A DNA stretch of 64,000 nt from Oculina patagonica (lineage: Eukaryota), in the NCBI RefSeq assembly GCF_052425735.1, contig NC_135761.1, forward strand, positions 8,990,001 to 9,054,000, read 5' to 3'. The position numbers and the translations under genes were made by a program. Positions 47,039-58,355 of this stretch are shown here, one piece after another. The stretch's first letter is position 1. Each line of letters starts with the position of its first letter. The notes beneath the pieces were generated by a model. The model saw nothing but the letters and a program-made list of their open reading frames with translations. It was not told the DNA's origin and ran no database searches.

Positions 47039-49603
47039 AAACGCACCCAAACGTCAGCAAGAAAAGCGCAACCGAGGTAAAACTTAAAGAAGAAAATCTC
47101 TAACAAGCCTTATTCGAAATATTTTCAAAAAGACCTCTTTAAACTACCCTCGGACCCTTTTGCCTATCGTTGATCCATAGCCTGCGTGCAGGCTCCCAAT
47201 CTGAAGAAGAAGGGTTTTCACCTAATCCTCGACCAGAGAGCGTGTTCACAGGCAATTAATCCAGGACTTCTCAAGCCGCAGTTGCTCCAACACGCCGGTC
47301 TCGTCGGTCTCGACCATTGTCTGAAGTATGGCATGGCCAGCGTACAGTCTGCAGATACTGTTTCTCGGGTCTGATATCATCCTAGCATTAACAGTGAAGA
47401 CTGTATATACCTTTCTTCCGCCTATTTTCTTGTCAGGAGTAAAAGGTTATCAGGGCTTAGAAGACTTACGAATGCTGACACGTTTGAAAGAGACCTTGTT
47501 GATGTACGGTGTCTCTATCGATCAGCAAACAATTTCTTATGTTATACTTCAGTCGATGATTTTTGTGTTAATTTGGCATATACAGATGTAATTTAATTTC
47601 GCTTTGTCTTTGCCCTAGCAAAATGATCAAAGTATTTTTTTTTCTTCTAAGTGTTGAATGAAAGTGTTCGAACTAGGGCCGCGGCTAAGCGATTAGCCAA
47701 GTTTATTTAACATGATGCTAGATAAAAGTGTTTGATCGTTTAGCCAAAACTTTCTGCATTTTGTTTATACCTTTCAATGTATCTCCTTGTGAACGTCTTT
47801 TAAAAGAGTGATTTCTGACGAAAACTGTATGTATGCCTTTGATTTCTTTACCACGTAGGCAAAATAGTTTAAAAATACCATTCACATATTAGATTAGCGT
47901 ATAGGTTCCAATTCTGGATTCTCTTAAATGTTTTGTTGATATATCTGCATTTTAGTTTGTGAACAGCTTCCAAATATGATTTATTAGCGACCCAGATATA
48001 CCTTTGTGTTTCTAGTAAACAAAATACATTTATGTCGTAAGTGAAATCTGTTTATTAGTTTAAAACCTTCTAATGAAGTACAGTTTAAGTGTTACCCTAC
48101 TTCCTCAATTTCTATAGAATTTCATTTACAATGTTTATTTTGGCTACCACTTTTCTAGTTCACTGAATATTTTGCTAGCTATTTTAGTGTAGTTTTAATT
48201 CTTTCTTTATATTGTTCAGCTATGCAGCATGTCTATTTATTTCCTGTATTGCAACTGAGATCTCCTAGCTGATAAGTTCAAGTCGATAAATCGTATAAAC
48301 ATATTTGAATGCATATTGCCATTGGTAATGGAATATCTGTAGAGAGTAGAAATGTTATAGTACAAGTTAATAACACATCAGAAAACTTACTAAGCTGTGT
48401 TTAAGCAATTGGAAATGAATCATCCTCACTTAGTTTAAGTGTTGCTACTTGTAATTAAGTAAAAACAAGGTGAATATAGATTTAATAATCTCTAAATTGC
48501 GGATAGAAAGTTAACTTAATGAAATGATACTCAAAGCTAGATACGATTACACAAGCCTATTTGAAAAAAACTGATGTTTCAACTGCATAATTAGCTTACT
48601 TTACATTATTATGCAATGGACAAACTATACTGAACATACATTCTCCTTGTTTAGTATATACAGTAACTTTGGTCATATTTATAGGTCGCACATTATTACA
48701 AGAAATAATCAAAAAAGCTTTACCAGCTTCTCGGGATCCTTCAAAGTAAATTAAACCTCAACAGATATTTTCTCAAGTCAGTCCAAAAGTCAAGACGTTC
48801 CGCAACAGCGGTCCACCATGCTGCGCAATAACGTCTTTGTCAACTGACCAATCGGTACCATAATTATATCTAAGCCTTTCAATATTGACCGCGTACGTCA
48901 ATCAAAATATTGCTTCCGGGGGTCTCACGCTTTTTTTTGCCTCATTAAAATTTTGTGTCTGTCTGATCTTTTACTTGAGGAAATAAACCATACGATCTTG
49001 TTGTTAAACCACAATAAGAAAGAGTTTTGTTGAATCAAATCATGTCTGATCAAACATATATTGTACACCTCTACTGTCATTCCGCTTCTCCTACACCCCC
49101 TCCCCCAACCCATCAACCCTCGCCCTTCCCCTCTCCCCCCGTCTTTATCATGACCATTCGGCCATATGACAATTCTTGCCTAATTCAGTAATTTCTTTCG
49201 AACTAAGTGAGCTGAAACGAAAAACATTTAGCTAGCACTGTGTGGAACTTCAATGATTATTGAATAAGTGGATGAGTTGTTGAGATAATAACAATCCGAA
49301 ACAATCCTAGTAATTCGGCTTTATGATCTCTATAGCTACTGGCAGTACGATATAAAAAGATAGCTAACTCGGCATTGTACAGAATAGATTTTTTCAATTA
49401 TTATCCCAGAATAGATTTTTTCAAACACAACTGTCAACATTTTCTTTGTCAATAAAGCGCTTAAAGCAGGCCTGGATAAGCGCTATCTAAATATTTTTAA
49501 CAACCAACTTCTACGAATGCCAACTGCATAATTAACATCGGTGCAGCAAGAACTTTGATTTTTCTCTACAAAACAATGTCAGTGAAACAAATAAAGTTTT
49601 AGC

Positions 49604-51773
49604 TTATTTTTTTGGAGTCCAACCTTTCTGGATAAACATCATGAGCTTCTTTTTGTGCAATGGATTTGAAATTCCAAGGTACTGCATCATTTCCGTATCC
49701 AGCTCTAGTAAAAAGTTGCCGTCAATCGACTCCTTCACAAATCTATCCACATACGCGCTTAAGCCAAGCTTCATTAGCCATCCGGAGACTTCGGACACCG
49801 AGATGTCCTTCAAATGTTCTTTGCCTTTGTCTTGCACCACTCCAGCATCGCGTTCTGCCTTATCAAGTCGCTCGCTTACTGCTGACATTTCTGCTTTACT
49901 ATGTGATTCGGCGTTTTGCGAAGTCAACTTAGTTGGGTTGTCTGGGTTGTCTTTACTTTCGCATGTCTTGAAACTGCTGGAATTTTGCAATGGCGGAGCA
50001 GGGTTCTGGGCTCTTGGCAGCTGTTTCTCTTCTGATTTCTGTTTGATCACATTTGGCGTTAGTTTGCCGTGTGGAAGAGGAGCGCTTTTCAAGCTTTCCT
50101 TCAGCGAAACGGCAGGACTTACAGAATTACTTGGAGAGTTTGCCTTTGGAGGTGAAGCAAATTGAATATTCTCGATACTTTCGTAGTACTCCTCTGTTTC
50201 ATCAGGTCCGTTGTTGTTGTTTATTACTGTTGGCGGTTTCGATTGAGTCTGTGACTCAATGTTTTGCGAGGCCAGCAGCTTAGTCGGACTTCCTTCACTT
50301 TCGTATTTCTTTAAATCTTGCAATGGCGGAGTGCAGTGGTGGGAGCTTGGTGGCTGTTGCTGTTCTATTGATGTTTGTCTAGAGCCATTTGATTTCGGTT
50401 TGACAAGTGGAGAAGAAACCGGTTTCGCGCTTTCCTTTGGAACAACAGTCTTGATAGGTTTATTTGCAGGTTTTGGCTTAGAAGGTGAAACAGATTGGGT
50501 ACCACTGATACATCCGGTGTGGTCAACTGCCTCATCAGGGCTGTTGTGGTGAGATGTTACTTCTGGTTTGGGGGTCATTGTGTTGTTCGATGTTTTGTGG
50601 CGTGGTGCTTGTTGTGTTGGCAATTGCCAATGGCGGAATTGAGTGATGAGGGTTCTCTTTGTGTAAATTGGGCTTTTTGGCAACTGGAGGAGGAGGACAC
50701 GGTTTCTCAGTTCCTTTTTGAACTTCAGAACTTGCAGTGTTTTTTGGAGGTTTTCGCTTGGGAGATGGAGCATATCGAGTTTCGCTGTCTGTTGTTTTTA
50801 ATTTTGTATTTTGCTTTAAGTTTGATTCATTTAATTTCAATGGTGCTCTAGGTGGAACTGGAGGAATAAGCTCTTCGTAGATGTCGTCAGCTTGTGGTTC
50901 CTCGATGTCTCGTTTGATATCTGCAATATCAAAGTTCCAAGATGCTTCTCCGTTTCCGCTTAAGATTGTCGACTCAATTTTCACTTCTTTGTCGATAAGT
51001 AGACAAATTTCAGTGAACAGCTTTTGGTCAAGGTTTAAACTCTCCTTTTGGACTCTTAATTCCAAGTCAATCGGAAGTTTCACAACTCTTAAATCCTTTC
51101 CAACTAAGGTAGAAACTATTAAAACTTTTTCCTGTACTATTTCTTTTATAGTAACAAGTCCTTCTAACATCGTCCTCTTGTTTATGTTTGTTTCACTGAG
51201 TGCTTGTGTTCCAACTCGAACTCGCACTCGTGTAGGAAGGAGGTGTTGATCAATGACATCTCGCATAGTAGTCGGATTAATGTCTTCAAGAGTTTCAAAA
51301 GGTCCAACCTGGTCACCAGAGAGGGTTATTGAACGAGTTGATCCTTTTACCCAGCACTTTAGCTCCATGACGCCAGCAGCATTTGGTGATGTCTCTACAA
51401 GACGAAGTATGTCCCCGACTTTGACCCCACTTCGAGATATGTTCCCAAGCGAGCGAACATATTTCGGAAATTCAGCAATAAGCTCTTCAACAGTTTTGTA
51501 CTCGTCGCCGCATCTGTTCGGAATACTCTCAAATATTTTCTCCGGGTAGTTTAAAGGGATACAAAAGCGATTTCCTTTCTTGTCAAGAGCTAGAACCTGA
51601 GGTACATCCTTCATGGCGTGCAAGTAAACAATTTCGCCTTGAGACCACGATTGTTCCTCGTATTCATGATCGTATCCTTCGACAATTTGTACAGTTGCAG
51701 GGAGATCACAGTCTGTCAAGAACTCACAAAGCAAAGAGGAATCGAGCAGGCTCATGTCTGGATTATACGGCAT
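49604..51773 (-). pseudogene. Gene D4: CABIT + SAM gene split by a frameshift (or sequencing error)
   Basis: Two overlapping ORFs (50535-51773 and 49604-50773). There are two single-base deletions near 50565-50576 relative to D3 (2170 vs 2172 nt). Confidence 0.75.
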
Positions 51774-52607
51774 TATTACTCATTTCAAAAGCGCTTCCGT
51801 CTGTAAGCAACTCTGAATTTGTTATTCGTGTATCCAGTATTTATTTCAGATTAAAATCATCGCGTGACACTCATAACAAAGTGCCTCAGGGGGTATCTCG
51901 ATACCTTTCCTCGGCAATAAACTTATCACTTGGCCAGATGTTTTGACGGGTAAATCACATTAATTTAACAACTAGATTGTTTCGTTCTCGAAGCAAACTA
52001 TATTTTAGTATTCAAATCTTCTTTTTGAGACTGGTTGACAACCCAAAACACGTTTAATAGCGTTGCAGTTCCGCTTCCCTCCCACCCCCCTGAAAACACT
52101 CTCTCCCTTGGCACTGGCATGACACCCAAAATGACATGACCACTCAACTGCAACTGACACAACGTCCTTTCTGTATTAATTGAGCTCAAACAAATTGAAA
52201 ATAAAATCGAAGGCGGGCTACAACCTGCGACGACGGTTACAACGTATTTCACTATTTGCTATTTGCAATGCAAACTAAGTCGGCCAAGCAACCTTCAGCA
52301 ATCAATGGCCATCCGCAGTAAATGATACGTGTTGTTTACGTTGGGAAATGCAAATGAAGATATTATATTGATACGCATGTCCACTTCACCCCGTTACGCG
52401 ACAGCTGGATTCATTTCAATGCACTCATTATATGCAGGAAACTTATAAACTCTAACGCAGAGACCACATCAAGCTAAACTTAAAATCTTCCTCTAATGGC
52501 TGCCTTGTAGCAAATATTAGCGGTCGCCGATGAGCAGTTCGACTCAGTGATAGACTTTCGCACCTACGGTTCGTAACATTGTAATTGATCACTACAAGAC
52601 AAAAGGT
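51774..52607. promoter_or_regulatory. Candidate bidirectional promoter between D4 (-) and F (+)
   Basis: 834 bp between divergent ATGs. Confidence 0.4.
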
Positions 52608-54557
52608 ATGTTTGCAAATATCGTCTGGAGCACTCAATCTTGTACCCTGAAGACATTCATCGACAGTTACACTCTTCCGCAACTGGTTAAAGTCCTAGAC
52701 GGGTTATATAGCGACAGTGATGCTAAAACACTATCGGCAGAGCAGGTGTTAACGCTACACTTCACCAAACGAACGGATAAACTGCTCATACAAGCTGCCG
52801 ATTTCAAGCAGTACGTTGTACCGTTCAATTGCCCGTGTAAAGTTGAAATACTTCCTAAAATCTGTCAGGACAAGTATTACAGCGTAGAAGATGTTGTCCA
52901 CGCCTGGACGTCGGCTGATTTCAAGTTCATTCGTGTTGTTCACAATGCTCCACCTTCGATGCGTATAAAAGCAGGGGACATCTTGAGACTCAAGAAAACA
53001 GTCGAGGAAAAGCGAGTGAAGTTTCTGGAATGTGAATTTCACGACAAGACAAAGGACGTTCTGAGGCTACCTTTGAGCTTCAAGGCTGCCTTTGAGCCTT
53101 TAGCAAGTGTAGGACAATATCAAATGCAGGAAATTCTAAAGAAGTTTCAGCTTCCCGTCCGAGTGAAGTTCACCTCTTGTGACACCACGATACACGCGGA
53201 TGCAAACGACGACATTGACATGATTGATTTGCCCTCTCTTGGCTCCGTTCTCTTAAAAGAACTTCGACAGGAAACAACAGTTATTACAACCAGTCGTGAT
53301 GGCGATGTGGTCACAGTTTTAATGATTCCCATAGATCTGGATGTGAATGTAATTCCTGCACATGGAGCCGTTATAGGCGATAAAGAGTATGCCAGATTCT
53401 GTAAAGACATCCACGATGGGACTGAGCTCACAAAGGTGGACCTCTTTGAAAATGGTACTAAATTTTTTGAAGAACCCACTGTGGATGTTGTTTATGATTA
53501 CGTAGAAGTTAAGCCACTGCTTCCACGTCGTTATCGTCGAGAATCGAAGCAAAGTGAAAATTCAGACTCCAGCGATGATTATGAGGATGTTGAACCACCA
53601 CCAAGACCACCTAAACCACCACCTAAGCCCAAGCCAAAACCAAGCGCCAGACGGGTTTCACCAAAGGTTCCCTTAGTTCCACCGTACGAAAACGTATTGG
53701 AAGACAATGTGTCGGAAGCACCGAATGAAAGCCCGTCCAATTTCCAGGTGGCATCACCTGATGATTGTAAGGAAGTCAGCAATAACAATGTGGATGATGA
53801 CGATGAAGATCTATACCTTAGTTCAGACTTCGATTCAGACGAAGATTATCATGATTATATCTACCCTGAAACTGATGTACTGGAACCGAACATTCCCAGT
53901 GACAGCGAGCTCAAAGCCTCGCAGGAAAAACCGAACCTCTCTAAAAAACCTAAGAAACTTCAGATAAAGAATCGATTGTCAGCTATGTTCAAGAACCTTG
54001 CCTCTTCTCGCCCATCTGGCAATTCCCAAAAGGCATCTAGTGCCACGGGCTCTTCGCAAGGACAAGATCTGGCTCCATCATCACCCACAGCACCGTCAAA
54101 CTCTCGACAAGATTTGACTCAATCATCACCTTCAGCACCGTCAGATATGTACAAGCAGGCTTTTTCTTACTCACCTCCCTTTGCCCCTTCTCGCCCATCT
54201 GGCCATTTCCAAGGGGCATCTAGTGCCATGGGCTCTCCACAAGGACGAGATCTGGCTCCATCACCTACAGCACCGTCAAACTCTTGCGCTTCACCCTCTG
54301 CGACGGGTGAGGTATCACCTCAAGCTTTCCCTGATGATCTTAGATGCCTTTCTGTGCCAGAAGTGGGTGAATGCCTTAACAAGCTTAACATGGGAGAACA
54401 CGTTGAGAGGTTTGAACACGACCAGATTGATGGTCAGCTATTCATAACCCTAGATGAGGCCATGTTGCCATATCTTGGAGTAACTAACAAATTACAACAA
54501 CGAAAATTACTCATGTTTATAAATGGATGGAGGCCTAATACATTAAATCTCCTCTAA
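52608..54557 (+). CDS. Gene F: CABIT + PxRPxK Pro-rich + SAM adaptor (full-length relative of C)
   Basis: 649 aa, with core LEC-x9-LRLPLSFKAAF, motifs DYEDVEPPPRPPK and YENV, Ser/Pro repeats, and the SAM LSVPEVGECLNKLNMGEHVERFEHDQIDGQLFITLDEAMLPYLGV. Confidence 0.87.
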   Translation: MFANIVWSTQSCTLKTFIDSYTLPQLVKVLDGLYSDSDAKTLSAEQVLTLHFTKRTDKLLIQAADFKQYVVPFNCPCKVEILPKICQDKYYSVEDVVHAWTSADFKFIRVVHNAPPSMRIKAGDILRLKKTVEEKRVKFLECEFHDKTKDVLRLPLSFKAAFEPLASVGQYQMQEILKKFQLPVRVKFTSCDTTIHADANDDIDMIDLPSLGSVLLKELRQETTVITTSRDGDVVTVLMIPIDLDVNVIPAHGAVIGDKEYARFCKDIHDGTELTKVDLFENGTKFFEEPTVDVVYDYVEVKPLLPRRYRRESKQSENSDSSDDYEDVEPPPRPPKPPPKPKPKPSARRVSPKVPLVPPYENVLEDNVSEAPNESPSNFQVASPDDCKEVSNNNVDDDDEDLYLSSDFDSDEDYHDYIYPETDVLEPNIPSDSELKASQEKPNLSKKPKKLQIKNRLSAMFKNLASSRPSGNSQKASSATGSSQGQDLAPSSPTAPSNSRQDLTQSSPSAPSDMYKQAFSYSPPFAPSRPSGHFQGASSAMGSPQGRDLAPSPTAPSNSCASPSATGEVSPQAFPDDLRCLSVPEVGECLNKLNMGEHVERFEHDQIDGQLFITLDEAMLPYLGVTNKLQQRKLLMFINGWRPNTLNLL

Positions 54558-57032
54558 ACAATCAATTGAAACGTTGTTTAATCCACTCAGTGAGGTGCTA
54601 GTTTCTTCTACGGGTACCGAACCCAAATGAGGACACATTGTTCTATTGTTTAAGCATTGTGTTGTGAGTCATTGTATTTTGGTCAACACTTTTTGTTAAC
54701 TTTATTGTCGAGTAAATAATTCAGTCCAAAAAGTTCATGCATAGTTCATCCTGCATTACATGATCCTCTTTATAAAGTGCTGTATTTTTGCAGAAGTTTT
54801 CGTTGTTTATCTTAAATGGTTTTAAAAATTGACTATCCAGAAGTAGAAAAATAGGTCAATAATGTAAACATATGGCTATTGTCACTATGGCAACGCACTG
54901 CTACGCAGAAAGCAAAAATCTCTCGAGTCATAAATTTTAACCTTAAAAATACTAGGGATTTTTTTACCATGGTATTTATTAGGAATTTACAGTACATTAT
55001 TTTAAAGCTTATAGTATCTTTTTAAGTAAATATAAAATTAAAGTGCATTACGTATGTGAAAAAAGGAAAACTTGTAAATAGGCTATTGTTAAATTTTTGC
55101 AAAGTAATTTAAAACAATTTGACATTACGCATAACTTAGGAATGCATTATACAACAAAATAGAGTGTTGGAAAATGTAGTATAATTTAATGTAAATAGAC
55201 CAGAATCGTTTTTTATACATATATTATATTTTAATTTAAACAGTGTCCCCGATTAGTAAGCTTAAGGCTAGCTAGAAGACCAGACACTTAAATAAAGTTC
55301 TTAAGTTCTTAATATTGCTACTAACATAAAAGAGCTACCTGTCACAGAACTATAAGAAGATTGTGAATAATATACTATAAGAACTATAATAAGATGTGAA
55401 AAAAGGAAAACTTGTAAATAGCTATAGGCTATTGTTAAATTTTTGCAAAGCAATTTAAAACAATTTGACATTACGCATAACTTAGGAATGCATTATACAA
55501 CAAAATATTGCTACCGACAATTTCGGAATAAAAGAGCTACCTGTCACAGAACTATAATAAGATTGATAAATTAATTCCCCATTGTTATTATAATTTAATA
55601 TAAAAATATTCAAAATGATGACTTGCTTTCATTACGTGACATATTACTTCATTAATTCGAACTTGTTTCTTCCTCCTTTAATCACGCGTTTACTGTAAAT
55701 TGCCTACTACATTTATTAGTCGTTTTCAATGCTGTAAGAATGGCCATGTAAATAAACTTGTTGTCACACTGCTGTTATTGACGTTTTTATCTGTGTATAC
55801 AAATTTAATGAGAAGGAAGTGACCTATCTTAAAAAAAAGCAAAAGAAACGTCACGTTCGTTTATCCTATAAGTAGTCACACTCGGAAATGGGGCAGGGAG
55901 TCCTTGGGGGGAGGGGTGGTAATGAAACAAAAAAAAAAACAACTACGGCCAATCTTGGCCATCCATTGTCTATTTTATTATTGCCTCTCTGGTGCCGGTG
56001 CTTTTTATTTGGTTAACCATAATTTTGAGAACTCCTCGCCAGTAAAAAATAATTACCAGGAATATCTTGGCATAGCCCCTATAAGCAAATTATGAACGTG
56101 ACAGCAATATGGCGGCGTCGCTAACAAACGCCTATGACACGTGGCTCTGTTTGAGGCCTGTATGAACGTTTACTTTTTATTACCTTAATTTTGTGGCCTT
56201 TTTCTGCAAAACAAAAACAAAGTGAAATGAGAAACACTTGAAGATTTTATGGACAACATAAATTCTCTATGTTTATATTTTGACGTAAAGGTTATCAGCT
56301 CTATTAGCAGTTCAGCTTTTAAGCTCACACCGACAGTCAAACTGAAAGTATAATACACGCCCGTGTGATGAAAAAAGACAATTTTCCTTCGCGTGTGGAC
56401 GATATTTATGTTTTCCTATAGGAATTAACAAAAATAGGACTTTCATTTTTAAGCTAAAACCACTGGCAAAATAGCTGAGGCAATGTTTTAAAATGACAAC
56501 ATGCCCTCTTTGAAAAAATAAAGTTGTTGCCTATAGGTTTTACGGTATTCTTGACAACATTGATAAGGGGAAGAGTGGGGACACGAGTAATCATTGTTAA
56601 AATGTCCAGCTATTTTTATAAAGGATTATGCATTTCATAGAAGTTGACATGTGACAGAATGTGTTCAGTTTAAAACGCTGAGGTGTTCCTGATAGTAAAC
56701 AGCTGAAATGTGTCTTTCACTTTACGCCTTACGGCTGAATTGAAACAACCCTTTAGTTCTGAATAATGATCAACACCTTTTTTTTCGCCAAAATGTCAAA
56801 AAGACTAGTGACAAGAACAAGGTAATTGTTCGAGGCGACGGCGTGGTCTTGACTGACCTAACACTGAATTCTCAGAACTAGCTGCCGTGCCGTAAGAAGA
56901 ATTGCTATTTTGAACTCAATTAGGACTGAAAAGGCTTGAAGCTGTCATCAGTATTTCTGTTTCTGACTAGGTGCAAACTAGATTTGCGTTACGCAATTGA
57001 AAAAGATTGGCGTTGGCTCCCTAAATTGAAAT

Positions 57033-58355
57033 ATGGCACAGCCTAAAGACGGTAAGCAACAGGTTTCCGTTCCGAAATAATGACATGAAAAATTACAGTT
57101 ATTTTGGTAAATAATACTTTCACTTTATAGAGTGTTACAAGACAGAACCACTTGAAGACACTCTTGCCAACTTCATAGTTCGATATCGACTTCCTTATAT
57201 AGCGCAAGTGTTGTAAGGAGTTGATAGTCCTACAGGAGCCTGTTCGGTGTCATTGAACGAAATACTGTATTAACAATTCACACAGTTGTGCGTTCAAAAC
57301 GGGCAAAATGAAGAATTCAAAAGGCAAGTATTTCTATCTGCCTGTAGACAACGCGGCACGAGTGGAGATTGTTCCCAAAACACGCAACCGCCTCAGTAAT
57401 GGCCTCAGATCCCACACTGGACGCCTCGCAAAGTTTCTTCAGACGCTGAAAGAAATGCCTGAGTTAAATCTCAAAGATGGAGATATTCAGTTTGGATCCA
57501 ATCCTGAATGAAACCACACGACAGGAAAAGGAAGCAAATTTGTATTCTGGCCCTGAAACATTAAAATTCAAAGTTCTCTTTTAACCGGGAAAAGAATTAA
57601 GATTGGCACTTGATCACGTTGGATGTTTTGATTCTTTTGAAGAAATTGACCCAAGACGTTACTCTTGGGTCAAGTCAAGTCGTTACTCTGAGGTAATATC
57701 GCTAATAATATTGCTTTTCTTGTTGCTGTGCTACATCGCCAATGACACCCTTAAAAGGAGAGTTTCACTTTGAAGAAGAGTCGATTGTAATCGCAACCAC
57801 AAAATTACAACATGTCACTTAAACATCCGGTTGAACTACAAGACAGTGACCTTATTTCCAATTATTCGGTGTAAACAGAAAGAAATTGACAAGCTTGAAT
57901 AGCAGATTATAAAATCTAAGAAACCTCAGATAAAGAAACGACTGGCAGCAAAGTTCACGATGGCCCTTTCTAATGCACCATCCTTCACCTCTTCTCGCCC
58001 ATCTCGCAATTCTCAAGGGGCATCTGTTGCCACAAGTTCTCAGCCAGGGCAGATTCTGACTCCACCATCATACTCTTATACTTCACCTTCTAAAATGGGT
58101 GCGGTATCACCTCAAGCTTTCCCTGATAATCTTAGGTGCCTTTCTGTGCCAGAAGTGGGTGAATGCCTCAGAAAGCTTAACATGGGAGAGCACGTTGAGA
58201 GGTTTAAAAGTGACCTGATTGATGGAGAGAAACTCATAACCCTAGATGAGGCCATGTTACCAGATCTTGGAGTAAGTAACAAACTGAAACAACGAAAATT
58301 GCTCATGTTTATAAAAGGATGGAGGCCAAACATGAGATCTCCTCTAAACAATTGA
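57033..58355 (+). pseudogene. Chimeric G/F pseudogene: decayed G-type CABIT fused to an F-type SAM tail
   Basis: 57033-57910 is homologous to gene G (same micro-exon, intron 57052-57130, TAA at 57214, several indels). From about 57911 it is homologous to gene F from about 53944. Confidence 0.85.
57960..58355 (+). CDS. Intact 131-aa SAM-only ORF (3' part of the chimera)
   Basis: ATG-initiated, uninterrupted and containing a complete F-type SAM domain. Expression is unknown. Confidence 0.4.
   Translation: MALSNAPSFTSSRPSRNSQGASVATSSQPGQILTPPSYSYTSPSKMGAVSPQAFPDNLRCLSVPEVGECLRKLNMGEHVERFKSDLIDGEKLITLDEAMLPDLGVSNKLKQRKLLMFIKGWRPNMRSPLNN

Noticed and set aside
541-54447. Many 60-175 aa ORFs antisense to or overlapping the CABIT genes
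   Set aside because: These are shadow frames of the real CDSs, often with non-ATG starts and no recognisable domains.
55030-55560. Local duplication of about 110 bp in the AT-rich region downstream of F
   Set aside because: An ordinary non-coding tandem duplication with no evident function.
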